Shown: positions 28,523-37,049 of the stretch, one piece after another | How positions within the stretch are numbered: position 1 is the stretch's first letter | How the letters are laid out: each line of letters begins with the position of its first letter | NCBI GenBank assembly: GCA_028822645.1 | Contig: JAPKDG010000003.1 | Location: 2,842 to 66,841, forward strand | Direction of reading: 5' to 3' | Source of the DNA: Longimicrobiales bacterium | Lineage (GTDB): Bacteria; Gemmatimonadota; Gemmatimonadetes; Longimicrobiales; Gaopeijiaceae | Length of the DNA stretch: 64,000 nt | The notes under the pieces: model-generated | What the model was told of the DNA's origin: nothing | Seen by the model: only the letters and a program-made list of their open reading frames with translations | The model's database searches: none | Translations under genes and position numbers: made by a program

Positions 28523-29455
28523 ATGAACAATCTCATGGATACACCCAGACATCCCATCCGAGTTGTGGCACAGCGTACTGGATTGACTGCCGCGACCATA
28601 CGGGCTTGGGAACGCCGTTATAGAACTGTTTCTCCTGGCAGATCGGCAGGCGGCCAACGCCTCTATTCCGACCAAGATGTCAAAAGACTGACTACCCTTA
28701 AAGCGCTAACAGACGGAGGACGTACTATCAGCGTAGTCTCGACTCTTACTGACTCACTAGCGGAAGCCCTATTACTTGAAGATCAGGCAATGGTGCGGCA
28801 CACACCGACCTTATCAGAGGATACTGATCCGGCTCTCTGGGTGGAACGTGCCTATGCCCAAGTCCTAAGCCTAGACAGCCAAGGACTCGAACATACACTA
28901 TGGCAAGCTGCGATCACAATAGGCTCACATACCCTCCTGGACGCAGTGATCGCAGTCCTCTTAGAACGCATTGGAACTGGGTGGATAGCCGATGAAATCG
29001 CACCCGCTCAGGAACACTTGGCCACAGGAGTTATCGTCAGAGTATTGCACAGACTTACCGACTACAGAAACAACGATGGTCCGACCTTGGTGGTTGCCAC
29101 CCTCCCTGGTGAGGTGCACGGCCTAGGGGCACAATTGACCTCCGCAGCAGCGATTCTCGAAGGATGGAGAGTTGCACACCTTGGAACAGATCTTCCAATT
29201 GAGGAAATCGCCAACGCGAGCGAAACCCTAGGAGCACACTCTGTGGCAATCAGTGTAACTAGAGGGTACAATATCAAAGAAACTGCCAATCAACTGATTA
29301 GCTTACGCCGGTTGATAGATGGCCGAATCCAACTCCTTGTCGGAGGAGGCTCTGCCCACCTTCTTGACTTCCAGGAACCTCCAAAAGGGGTGACTATAGT
29401 TCTTAGTGGACTACAGGGGCTACGTGAGAACCTAATAAACAGCAAAACCAAATAA
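28523..29455 (+). CDS. carH: MerR-family regulator with a B12-binding domain (CarH/LitR-type light-responsive repressor)
   Basis: N-terminal IRVVAQRTGLTAATIRAWERRY (MerR HTH). W-x9-EH motif (GWIADEIAPAQEH). ExHxxG lower-ligand motif (PGEVHGLG) 34 residues later. The ORF-track start at 28427 would cover the operator region; ATG 28523 or 28535 is more likely. Confidence 0.8.
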   Translation: MNNLMDTPRHPIRVVAQRTGLTAATIRAWERRYRTVSPGRSAGGQRLYSDQDVKRLTTLKALTDGGRTISVVSTLTDSLAEALLLEDQAMVRHTPTLSEDTDPALWVERAYAQVLSLDSQGLEHTLWQAAITIGSHTLLDAVIAVLLERIGTGWIADEIAPAQEHLATGVIVRVLHRLTDYRNNDGPTLVVATLPGEVHGLGAQLTSAAAILEGWRVAHLGTDLPIEEIANASETLGAHSVAISVTRGYNIKETANQLISLRRLIDGRIQLLVGGGSAHLLDFQEPPKGVTIVLSGLQGLRENLINSKTK

Positions 29456-29698
29456 CCTGCCAATCCTCAGGTTTCCAATTGTTTCTTGTCCAAATATAAA
29501 TTTTAATCCCCACCCCTATGGTCACAGAAAGTTCAGGGCCAACCCACTCTACAGAAGCTCCATTTCATCTTTTTAGGCTAGACCTTTAATGCTATCTTGT
29601 ATATATTTTGTTTAAGAAAATATATATTTTACTTTTACAAACTATATACATAATTCCTAAGTTTCAACTGAAGCATTATTAACGAGGAAACGACAACA

Positions 29699-30367
29699 AT
29701 GACTTTATTGGGTCTAAAATATCGCCACTCAATAACACTCTGGCTGTGCTCCCTACTTGCCTGCCAGAGTCAGCCTGAAGTAAGTGTGCTCCGAGGGGAA
29801 GAACTCTACGGAGTTTGGTGTTCCGGCTGTCATGGATCCGAGGGACAAGGAAATCCTTCGAATAAAGCACCCTCGATCGCAGGTCTGCCTCAGTGGTATT
29901 TGGAAAACCAACTTACCGGCTTTCAGTCAGGTTTTCGAGGAATACATGAAGAGGACATTTCAGGCCAGACTATGCAGCGAATGTCAATCATGGCCTTAGC
30001 GGAAAAAGGTGACCTTCCGTCAGTGGCTGGATATGTATCCTCAATGCCGGTCACATGGCCTACTCCCACGATGGGTGGTAATCCAGAATTGGGGAAACAG
30101 CCCTATCAAGTTTGTGCCGCATGCCATGGACTAGATGGACTGGGTGACGAAAAAATCAGTGCACCTCCAATAGTACAATTGGATGATTGGTACCTCATTC
30201 AAGAACTAGAAAATTTTAAGATCGGTGCTAGAGGGGTTCACCCAGAGGATGCCTGGGGACCTGTAATGAGACAGATCGCGGTCGCACTAGGAGATGTATC
30301 GATGGAAAATGTGGTGGCTTATATCCAAACACTCCGAAAAGAAAGCACGACCAATGAAGATATATGA
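29699..30367 (+). CDS. Dihaem class I cytochrome c, lipoprotein
   Basis: 222 aa. Lipobox SLLAC. Two CxxCH motifs (CSGCHG, CAACHG), each followed by a Met-containing segment. Confidence 0.85.
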   Translation: MTLLGLKYRHSITLWLCSLLACQSQPEVSVLRGEELYGVWCSGCHGSEGQGNPSNKAPSIAGLPQWYLENQLTGFQSGFRGIHEEDISGQTMQRMSIMALAEKGDLPSVAGYVSSMPVTWPTPTMGGNPELGKQPYQVCAACHGLDGLGDEKISAPPIVQLDDWYLIQELENFKIGARGVHPEDAWGPVMRQIAVALGDVSMENVVAYIQTLRKESTTNEDI

Positions 30368-30498
30368 ATAAATTACAGATACAGAGTATATAGTACAATG
30401 CCAGAACCCACACACGGTAGTTACAAGCCTGTCTCATAATCGAAACCAGACAATGTAGCTTGCAATGGGTTCCAGACCTTTCATACTATCTCTTACCA

Positions 30499-31773
30499 AT
30501 GATCTCTACTCAATCTAAAAAAACACGGCTGGAACAGGGCCTAATATTAGCTGCGCTCATCGCTGCGGGTGAAGCTGCCTTCCTCCTACCATTCGTCCTG
30601 GCAAGAGTTTTTCGGCCGACTTTTCTTGATGTGTTCGGCATTAGCAATTTCGAACTGGGCACAGCGTTCTCTCTCTATGGGATAGTGGCGATGGGATCCT
30701 ATTTCGCAGGAGGGCCACTGGCCGATCGTTTCTCCGCTCGTAAACTCATGGCTGCCGCTCTCAGCGCTACTGGTATAGGTGGCATAGTCCTGGCTGGCAT
30801 TCCTTCAGTAAAAGTGATGAACGTACTGTGGTCGGTATGGGGAATGACTACCATATTACTTTTCTGGGCTGCAATGATTCGTTCAACACGCGAGTGGGGA
30901 CAGTTATCCGGGCAGGGCAAAGCGTACGGTTTTCTCGATGGAGGTCGAGGCTTACTAGCTGCTGTTATCGCATCTATCTCAGTATGGATATTTTCGTCTT
31001 TGTTGCCCGACCGAGCTATAGCACCAATAACAGCAGAACAGCGTGAAGTGGCTTTCCGCGCGGTCATCTGGATATTCACTGGCCTAACAATGGCTATCGC
31101 ACTTTTAGTATGGAAAATCATTCCGGACACTGAACCCTCAAGGAGCACTAATACTGGGACGAAGTTTTCACTTCAAAACATAAAATCTGCTTGTCGAATG
31201 CCGTCTGTCCGTCTGCATTCAATTATCATCGTATGCTCTTATGTTGGCTATAAAGCTACCGACGATTTCTCCCTCTTGGCACGTGACGCACTAGGCTTTG
31301 ATGATGTTGGAGCTTCGAGCGTTGGTGCTCTCGGTTTTTGGGTCCGAGCCCTCGCAGCGATAGGTGCTGGATATCTCGGAGACCGGATAGAATCTTCTAG
31401 AGTAATTACCTGGGGATTCTGTTTCCTTATCGCTGGCAGCCTGCTAATTGCCTCCGGAGCAATGATTAACGTGGCATGGATGCTGATCATGACAATTGCC
31501 GCAACTAGTGCAGGGATTTACGCTCTCCGGGGGGTATACTTTGCTCTCCTGGAAGAGGGGGGTGTACCGTTAGCTACGACTGGAAGCGCCATTGGTGTTG
31601 TCTCATTTATCGGTTTCACCCCAGATGTGTTCATGGGCCCACTTATGGGAATCTTATTAGACAATTCACCAGGGACACTCGGGCACCAGCACGTCTTCGC
31701 TTCCGTAGCTGTGTTCGGCTTTATTGGACTAGCCGCAACAGCGAAATTCAGAAGGCTCACTCAACCCCTCTAG
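30499..31773 (+). CDS. MFS transporter
   Basis: About 12 TM segments. GPLADRFSARK loop 2-3 motif. The ATG at 30499 is preferred over the TTG at 30460. Confidence 0.8.
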   Translation: MISTQSKKTRLEQGLILAALIAAGEAAFLLPFVLARVFRPTFLDVFGISNFELGTAFSLYGIVAMGSYFAGGPLADRFSARKLMAAALSATGIGGIVLAGIPSVKVMNVLWSVWGMTTILLFWAAMIRSTREWGQLSGQGKAYGFLDGGRGLLAAVIASISVWIFSSLLPDRAIAPITAEQREVAFRAVIWIFTGLTMAIALLVWKIIPDTEPSRSTNTGTKFSLQNIKSACRMPSVRLHSIIIVCSYVGYKATDDFSLLARDALGFDDVGASSVGALGFWVRALAAIGAGYLGDRIESSRVITWGFCFLIAGSLLIASGAMINVAWMLIMTIAATSAGIYALRGVYFALLEEGGVPLATTGSAIGVVSFIGFTPDVFMGPLMGILLDNSPGTLGHQHVFASVAVFGFIGLAATAKFRRLTQPL

Positions 31774-31946
31774 ATACCAACTTGCTACAATAAAACCAGA
31801 GATGTCAGTTGTATGAGACCTTGGGGTCATACCCTCTCCTCTATAGCAAACCCTACCATATATAGTATTCATATGGCTTTCGTTGCCATTTTATCTATAT
31901 TTTTTAATAGGATCACTAACCATCCTCAGATGGGAAGCCAACCAAA

Positions 31947-32669
31947 ATGATTAGACGCACTTGGTTACAGTCAGCTATTTTAACTTTCATTCTGATCACT
32001 GGAACCCAGCACAACAGCCTGTCAGCACAAGGTATCGGTATAGCAGCAAGGGCAGGAACGATGGGGATTGGGCCAGAAATTACTTTGGGGTTCTACGAAA
32101 AATTTGCGGTCAGAGGTGGATTTGGAAAAATAGACTGGAGTTTCATGCCAGAAATTCCAACCTCTCTTTTCGGACTAAATTTTGGCCTACCAGGAGTAGA
32201 TGCATCCCTGACTGAAACCAAAGCACTTTTCCCTGAGACATTAAATGTTGGAGCTGACATTTACTTGACTTCACATCTGCGTATTACTGGTGGGATCCTG
32301 CTACAAACTGGAGAGATGGGGCTTGAAGGAACTGTAGCTAGAACTGGAACGATCACTATAGGATCAAAAACCTATCCGGCATCTGAGCTAGACTCTTTTA
32401 AGGGCACATTGTCAGAGAATCAAAACTACATACCCTATGCCTCGATTGGACTTGGGAATCATTCTGAAAGAGGGTTTGGGCTATTTACAGAAATCGGGGC
32501 GGCCTTTCACGGGAAAAGAGTCTTGACTCTTTCGGCGAAGGGAAATGTTACGGATAGTGCTGACTTTCAGGCTGAACTTGCTAAAGAAAGGACGAGTCTT
32601 CAAGAAAAACTCGACAGCTATTTGAGGATCTGGCCAATACTAAATATCGGAATAAGGTTCAGTCTCTAG
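31947..32669 (+). CDS. Probable outer-membrane beta-barrel protein, unknown family
   Basis: 240 aa with a signal peptide ending LSAQG. Alternating amphipathic strands. C-terminal ...NIGIRFSL. Confidence 0.5.
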   Translation: MIRRTWLQSAILTFILITGTQHNSLSAQGIGIAARAGTMGIGPEITLGFYEKFAVRGGFGKIDWSFMPEIPTSLFGLNFGLPGVDASLTETKALFPETLNVGADIYLTSHLRITGGILLQTGEMGLEGTVARTGTITIGSKTYPASELDSFKGTLSENQNYIPYASIGLGNHSERGFGLFTEIGAAFHGKRVLTLSAKGNVTDSADFQAELAKERTSLQEKLDSYLRIWPILNIGIRFSL

Positions 32670-32789
32670 CCTTGGTTTTTGCTGCCAAAGATACACTTTT
32701 CATTTCTAGCATTTCTCAGCCAGGACTGTCATATTGGTCTAGCTTATTATTATCCTTTTAGCTGTGTACGCCCTTAACGAGAGCTTACT

Positions 32790-33347
32790 ATGAGAGCAGG
32801 TTTCTCTTGCCTGGCAACAATTCTGATTTTGAGCCCGATCAGCACATACGGACAAACTACAGATGACTTCATAAATGGCATCATCGGTGTTGTTCCCAGG
32901 GTATTTGTTGAATGGTCGATAGAAAACACCATAGAGATAGAAGAAAAATCCTATACAAACCAAGTGGAAGAAGTATTCTATCGAACGTTACTAGATGGCG
33001 GAATCGAAGTGATATCAGTTTATGACTTTGTGGGTGATATCCGAGAAGCCAATGTGCTAGACTGCAACATCACCGTAATGAGGAACGAAAACTCAGACCA
33101 GATCACTGAAGAATACTACACAGAACTCCGACAAATGGTCGTTAAATGGAGTGATTTTTCCAATTGGGCTCAATCCTCATTAGGGTCCCCAGGAGATTTA
33201 GTACCATTTTTCAATTCTACAGCCACTTGGTCCTCTTCCGGAACTTACCTGTCAGGGATAGAAGGATTCAGCACTGAAAGCGCCCATGGAATCGGTACCT
33301 CTTGTGCTGAAACTTTTATCGAGGAATGGGATAGAGTAAACAACTAA
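32790..33347 (+). CDS. Orphan secreted protein
   Basis: 185 aa with a signal peptide ending STYGQ. No motif recognised. First gene of a tightly packed same-strand cassette. Confidence 0.5.
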   Translation: MRAGFSCLATILILSPISTYGQTTDDFINGIIGVVPRVFVEWSIENTIEIEEKSYTNQVEEVFYRTLLDGGIEVISVYDFVGDIREANVLDCNITVMRNENSDQITEEYYTELRQMVVKWSDFSNWAQSSLGSPGDLVPFFNSTATWSSSGTYLSGIEGFSTESAHGIGTSCAETFIEEWDRVNN

Positions 33348-33359
33348 GGAGAGCCAAGT

Positions 33360-33848
33360 TTGCATTTTAGAGATAAGTTGATTGTTGCCTGTATCACCGC
33401 CTCTGCGTTGGTCGGAATCGGGTACTGGATTCAACCTAACACAATGAACTGCCCCGCCACGATTCCCATAGAGGTGACTGGAGAGACCGAGGCCCGATGG
33501 GGGGATTTCGAGGACCCATATTTCTCCGCCACGATCACCGAGACCGATGAAGAATGTTCGGTCGACGAGGCGGCCCTCCCCTCTCTGGTCATGACTATCA
33601 ACGTCACCGGAGCAGGACACATACTTGATTCTGCTCGTACCCAAGCAGCAGAGCGTTTGAGATTTGATATAATCATCAAAGCCTTGGACAAACAAGGAGC
33701 TACGTTGAACGAGCAATTTGTCACAAAAACCATAGATACTAAGGATATTTCTACCGATACCACCAGCATTGACTGGTCCCATACCATCAAACTTGAGGCA
33801 GAACAAATAGGGGTTTTCGATCGGATCAGCGTCCATTGGGCATACTAA
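33360..33848 (+). CDS. Orphan membrane-anchored/secreted protein
   Basis: 162 aa. TTG start with AAGGAG 7-8 nt upstream, 12 nt after the preceding stop. N-terminal hydrophobic anchor IVACITASALVGIGYW. Confidence 0.5.
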   Translation: MHFRDKLIVACITASALVGIGYWIQPNTMNCPATIPIEVTGETEARWGDFEDPYFSATITETDEECSVDEAALPSLVMTINVTGAGHILDSARTQAAERLRFDIIIKALDKQGATLNEQFVTKTIDTKDISTDTTSIDWSHTIKLEAEQIGVFDRISVHWAY

Positions 33849-33901
33849 AGCCACATAAACTTGAATACTTACATTCCATCAAAACATTCCAAGGAGATAC
33901 G

Positions 33902-34285
33902 ATGTACAAGCTAAAATTACACTCATTTATTTTTCTGATTCTCTGTATTCTCTCTACCAATTCTATTGAAGGACAAGAATCTTTTGAGCCAGTCGGAGAA
34001 TACCAACTGACAACCTTTATTTCAGAACTCGGTATGAGCGTATCCGCCAATCTTGAAATTATCAGTAATGAAGGCCAGTACTCTGCTCGTCTGAGAAGTG
34101 ATATTGATCCTGAAGGTTCCATAACGTCAGACGTGAAAATAGAAGGACGAGAGATAAAACTCGGTGTCAGAATGCCCGATGGAGATATATCAATCACCCT
34201 ATCCATCGCGAGTGACGATAGTTTAACTGGCAGCTGGGGTACTGACGGAATGGGAGGGACTTTTACGGGAAGAAAAATCCGTTAA
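33902..34285 (+). CDS. Orphan small secreted protein
   Basis: ATG at 33902 with AAGGAG 6 nt upstream. Signal peptide FIFLILCILSTNSIEGQ. 127 aa with a beta-rich pattern. The ORF-track start at 33836 would overlap the previous gene. Confidence 0.5.
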   Translation: MYKLKLHSFIFLILCILSTNSIEGQESFEPVGEYQLTTFISELGMSVSANLEIISNEGQYSARLRSDIDPEGSITSDVKIEGREIKLGVRMPDGDISITLSIASDDSLTGSWGTDGMGGTFTGRKIR

Positions 34286-34288
34286 AAT

Positions 34289-34501
34289 ATGAATACACTC
34301 AAGCAAAATTGCTCAATAGAAATAGAACCCGCATCGTACTTAATCGACCCCTTAGATGTTAAGCTTCAAGCGAACACAGAATTTTTTCGATATGGGGGCT
34401 GTGGGAGAGTAGGCTTGATTTTGCCATCTTCTGACATTTTTTTTAGTTTCATTGCACCGTTGTACTTCGATTTTTGCACTGCAAAATCAAGGAGCAGGTG
34501 A
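34289..34501 (+). CDS. Possible small protein (70 aa) filling the gap in the cassette
   Basis: ATG 3 nt after the previous stop, and its stop is 2 nt before the next ATG. No clear SD and no recognisable motif. Confidence 0.25.
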   Translation: MNTLKQNCSIEIEPASYLIDPLDVKLQANTEFFRYGGCGRVGLILPSSDIFFSFIAPLYFDFCTAKSRSR

Positions 34502-34503
34502 TC

Positions 34504-34893
34504 ATGGCAGATAGGATGAAAGGAATTCTGGCCTACAGTGCCGTTGTCTTTATCTTTCTGTTGGGCTGGAAAACCCTGGACATAAGTGACCTCATGGGTA
34601 ATGGGCCAGATCTCATACCCAGTCCAACTCTCAGTTTTGTAGCTCTAGCTTTGGTTACAGGATTGTTTTTCGATTTCCTCGTCCAATACACAAGCCTCAC
34701 TGCAGTTAAAACGGCTATGACCATGGGGAGTGTCAGAATCCTTTTTTACGACATCTTTGGAATCATGAGCGGCAGTCAAGATGTTACGGGGGCCGTCGTC
34801 GATATTATTTTTACCCTCACCCTCTCTTATATGACAGGAAAGACCTACGAAAAAGTTGTTAAACAAACCCCAAGTTCCACCTTTACACCCTGA
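34504..34893 (+). CDS. Orphan small polytopic membrane protein
   Basis: ATG at 34504 with AAGGAG upstream. 129 aa with about 4 TM segments. Confidence 0.5.
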   Translation: MADRMKGILAYSAVVFIFLLGWKTLDISDLMGNGPDLIPSPTLSFVALALVTGLFFDFLVQYTSLTAVKTAMTMGSVRILFYDIFGIMSGSQDVTGAVVDIIFTLTLSYMTGKTYEKVVKQTPSSTFTP

Positions 34894-34990
34894 ACCGCAG
34901 ATTTGCTGAGAATTAGGGTGTTAGCATAGTATGAAGAATCACCCTGACCAATCTGGGTAACTCTTTTATTTCTCGAATGGAGGCTTTGTT

Positions 34991-36112
34991 GTGATGAGTT
35001 TCAAAAAGGTATTGGCTGGCATCGGCACTACTACTTTAATTATCCTAGTCGGTTGCCAGGCGCCAAGTGAAACTGGAGGACCAATCACAAAAGGAGGAGA
35101 CGACAGAACTGGAGAATATGAAGCTATAGCCAACTGGTGGAAGCCAGCACCAGACCATGATGATGTTTGGACTTGGGGACAAGTATCTGGGGTAGCTGTA
35201 GACACTCCTGACAGGATCATTGTTGGGATTTGGGGCGACCGGAATTCTGACGGTGAAGAGAGAGATGGAGGCACTAATTACCTGGCGGTAGTGGATAGAG
35301 ACGGCAATATCACCGAGCGATGGATGCAATGGGACTCGATTTTCAATAAACCTCACCAGATTTATATCAGTCCGTATGACCCCGATCGCCATGTATGGGT
35401 TGTAGAACGCGGTGGCGGAAGAGGAGTCAACATGCAGATCCTCAAATTCACTAATGATGGAAGTGAATTAGTGATGAGATTAGTGGACTACGACCATCCC
35501 ACAACTAGAGCAGAAGCTCGAGCCAACCCCAATCCTGGACCTTACACGTATGGAGATCCTGCAGTCATGGCTTTCCTGCCAGATGGGAGCTTCTACGTCG
35601 GTGACGGTTATTGGAATTCACGAATTATAAAATACAATGCTGACGGCGAGTACCTGATGGAATGGGGAGAACTCGGCAGTGGGCCTGGGCAGTTTGATTT
35701 AGTTCACGGAGTTGCGGTAGACCGAGATCGAAAAGTCTATGTAGGTGATCGCACCAATAACCGCATCCAGGTTTTCACTGAAGACGGAGTGTACATTGAA
35801 GAATGGACTGATGTTTCTGACCCTGTGGGCGTATTTATTGATGAAAACGAAGCAGTCTGGGTGATTTCAGCGAGTTTGAATCGATTACTTAAGTACAATA
35901 AGAAAGGTGAACTCCAGTACTACCTTGGAGCTTACGGTGGAACCAGGGGAGGCTTTGTGGGAGGGCTATCCCGTCCACATCAGATCGATGTGGACCAAGA
36001 GGGAAATCTCTATATCGCTAGCTGGGATGGTGGATGGATGGACAAATATGTCCCTAAAACTGACAGCGATCCAAGCAAACTGATCGGACAACCACTAATT
36101 TTAGAGCCCTAG
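34991..36112 (+). CDS. NHL-repeat six-bladed beta-propeller lipoprotein (peptidyl-alpha-hydroxyglycine lyase-like), paralogue 1
   Basis: 373 aa. Lipobox ILVGC. NHL repeat GPGQFDLVHGVAVDRDRKVYVGDRTNNRIQVF. Shares ISPYDPDRHVWVV with 54744..55904. Confidence 0.75.
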   Translation: MMSFKKVLAGIGTTTLIILVGCQAPSETGGPITKGGDDRTGEYEAIANWWKPAPDHDDVWTWGQVSGVAVDTPDRIIVGIWGDRNSDGEERDGGTNYLAVVDRDGNITERWMQWDSIFNKPHQIYISPYDPDRHVWVVERGGGRGVNMQILKFTNDGSELVMRLVDYDHPTTRAEARANPNPGPYTYGDPAVMAFLPDGSFYVGDGYWNSRIIKYNADGEYLMEWGELGSGPGQFDLVHGVAVDRDRKVYVGDRTNNRIQVFTEDGVYIEEWTDVSDPVGVFIDENEAVWVISASLNRLLKYNKKGELQYYLGAYGGTRGGFVGGLSRPHQIDVDQEGNLYIASWDGGWMDKYVPKTDSDPSKLIGQPLILEP

Positions 36113-36501
36113 TATCCACTGTCAGGTATTTTCTGGGGAATATGGGAGGCATCTACGGTCCATCCTTCCGACTCGATGACCTTTTGTGTCATCGAGCGAA
36201 TCCAATTAGAGATTTCGGAATGTGGCAAAAGTCCCAGTCCCTGAGAATTGAGAGAGTTCAGCCCAGCCTGTAGAGAACGAGGATTGGCCATCCCATAGGC
36301 TACAGTTATAGGAACATCTTCAGAGATAGGATCGACAGCTTGAGCCACTGCTTGGTTCCACTCGTCCTCGCCACCATGAGCCATCACCAGGACACCCACT
36401 TTAGCATTCACAGTTTCTTTGGATGGCATCATCCCAACAGTTGACTTGATACCCATACAGGCTGACTGACTAGCTAAAAGCAACAATATCCCTATACGCA
36501 T
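36109..36501 (-). CDS. Small lipoprotein with a CbiX/SirB-chelatase-like N-terminal pattern
   Basis: 130 aa. Lipobox-like ASQSAC. VGVLVMAHGGEDEWNQAV...AYGMANPSL.. resembles a CbiX half-domain. Its 3' end overlaps the convergent NHL gene by 4 nt. Confidence 0.35.
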   Translation of the reverse strand: MRIGILLLLASQSACMGIKSTVGMMPSKETVNAKVGVLVMAHGGEDEWNQAVAQAVDPISEDVPITVAYGMANPRSLQAGLNSLNSQGLGLLPHSEISNWIRSMTQKVIESEGWTVDASHIPQKIPDSGY

Positions 36502-36526
36502 ATACTATTAACTCTCGGTTTTTATT

Positions 36527-36580
36527 TGAGAACGATTCTCACTTGAAGCAATAGTCTACCATCGATGAGAACGATTCTCA
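36527..36580. promoter_or_regulatory. Two identical 15-bp palindromes TGAGAACGATTCTCA (Fur-box-like) upstream of feoAB
   Basis: Copies at 36527..36541 and 36566..36580, 39 bp centre to centre. Arms TGAGAA/TTCTCA are perfect inverted repeats. 11 of 14 defined positions match the 7-1-7 Fur consensus TGATAATnATTATCA. Confidence 0.5.
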
Positions 36581-36732
36581 AGATATTATTCAGAATCCAA
36601 ACTGACACTCACTGCTTAGAAGATGCTACTTTTAAATTACCTCCCTACCTTATAGGTTACTTGAGAGTGGTTTTCATTCTCAGAAATAAATACGCATTAA
36701 AGTCACGTACGATTCTTAACCAAGAGGACTTT

Positions 36733-37014
36733 ATGGAAGCACTGGACCCAAAGCGAGATTCATTTCAACGGGAAGCAACTGAGCTTAGACTTGGCCAAGT
36801 GAAAATCCGTCAGGAAGTCGAGCTCGTCATGGTAGACCTTCCAGAAGATCAAGCTGAACCACTTTTTGAACGCGGCTTCCTTCCAGGATGTCGCATCTGT
36901 CCTGTCCGCACCTCTCCGGCCGGGGATCCAATCGTTGAAGTGGACGGTTCGCTGATGGCTCTTAGACGCGAGACCGCCAACTGTCTTTGTGTCCGCACCC
37001 TTAGTGACCTGTAA
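36733..37014 (+). CDS. feoA: Ferrous iron transport protein A (FeoA)
   Basis: 93 aa from the ATG at 36733. SH3-like FeoA pattern GFLPGCRICPVRTSPAGDPIVEVDGSLMALRRETANCLCV. The ORF-track start at 36565 lies inside the second palindrome. Confidence 0.8.
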   Translation: MEALDPKRDSFQREATELRLGQVKIRQEVELVMVDLPEDQAEPLFERGFLPGCRICPVRTSPAGDPIVEVDGSLMALRRETANCLCVRTLSDL

Positions 37015-37049
37015 CTTTGCCATAACGCTTCAACATCAAGTCTTGTAAA

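Noticed and set aside
33252-33854. 200-aa minus-strand ORF across the orphan cassette
   Set aside because: It is antisense to three plus-strand genes that have SD sites and signal peptides. Its translation is Gly/Arg/Ser-rich and low-complexity, with no SD, so it is most likely a shadow ORF.
36565-36732. Long N-terminal extension of FeoA (ORF-track start at 36565)
   Set aside because: The start codon lies inside the second Fur-like palindrome and the extension has no FeoA similarity. The ATG at 36733 gives a normal ~93-aa FeoA.
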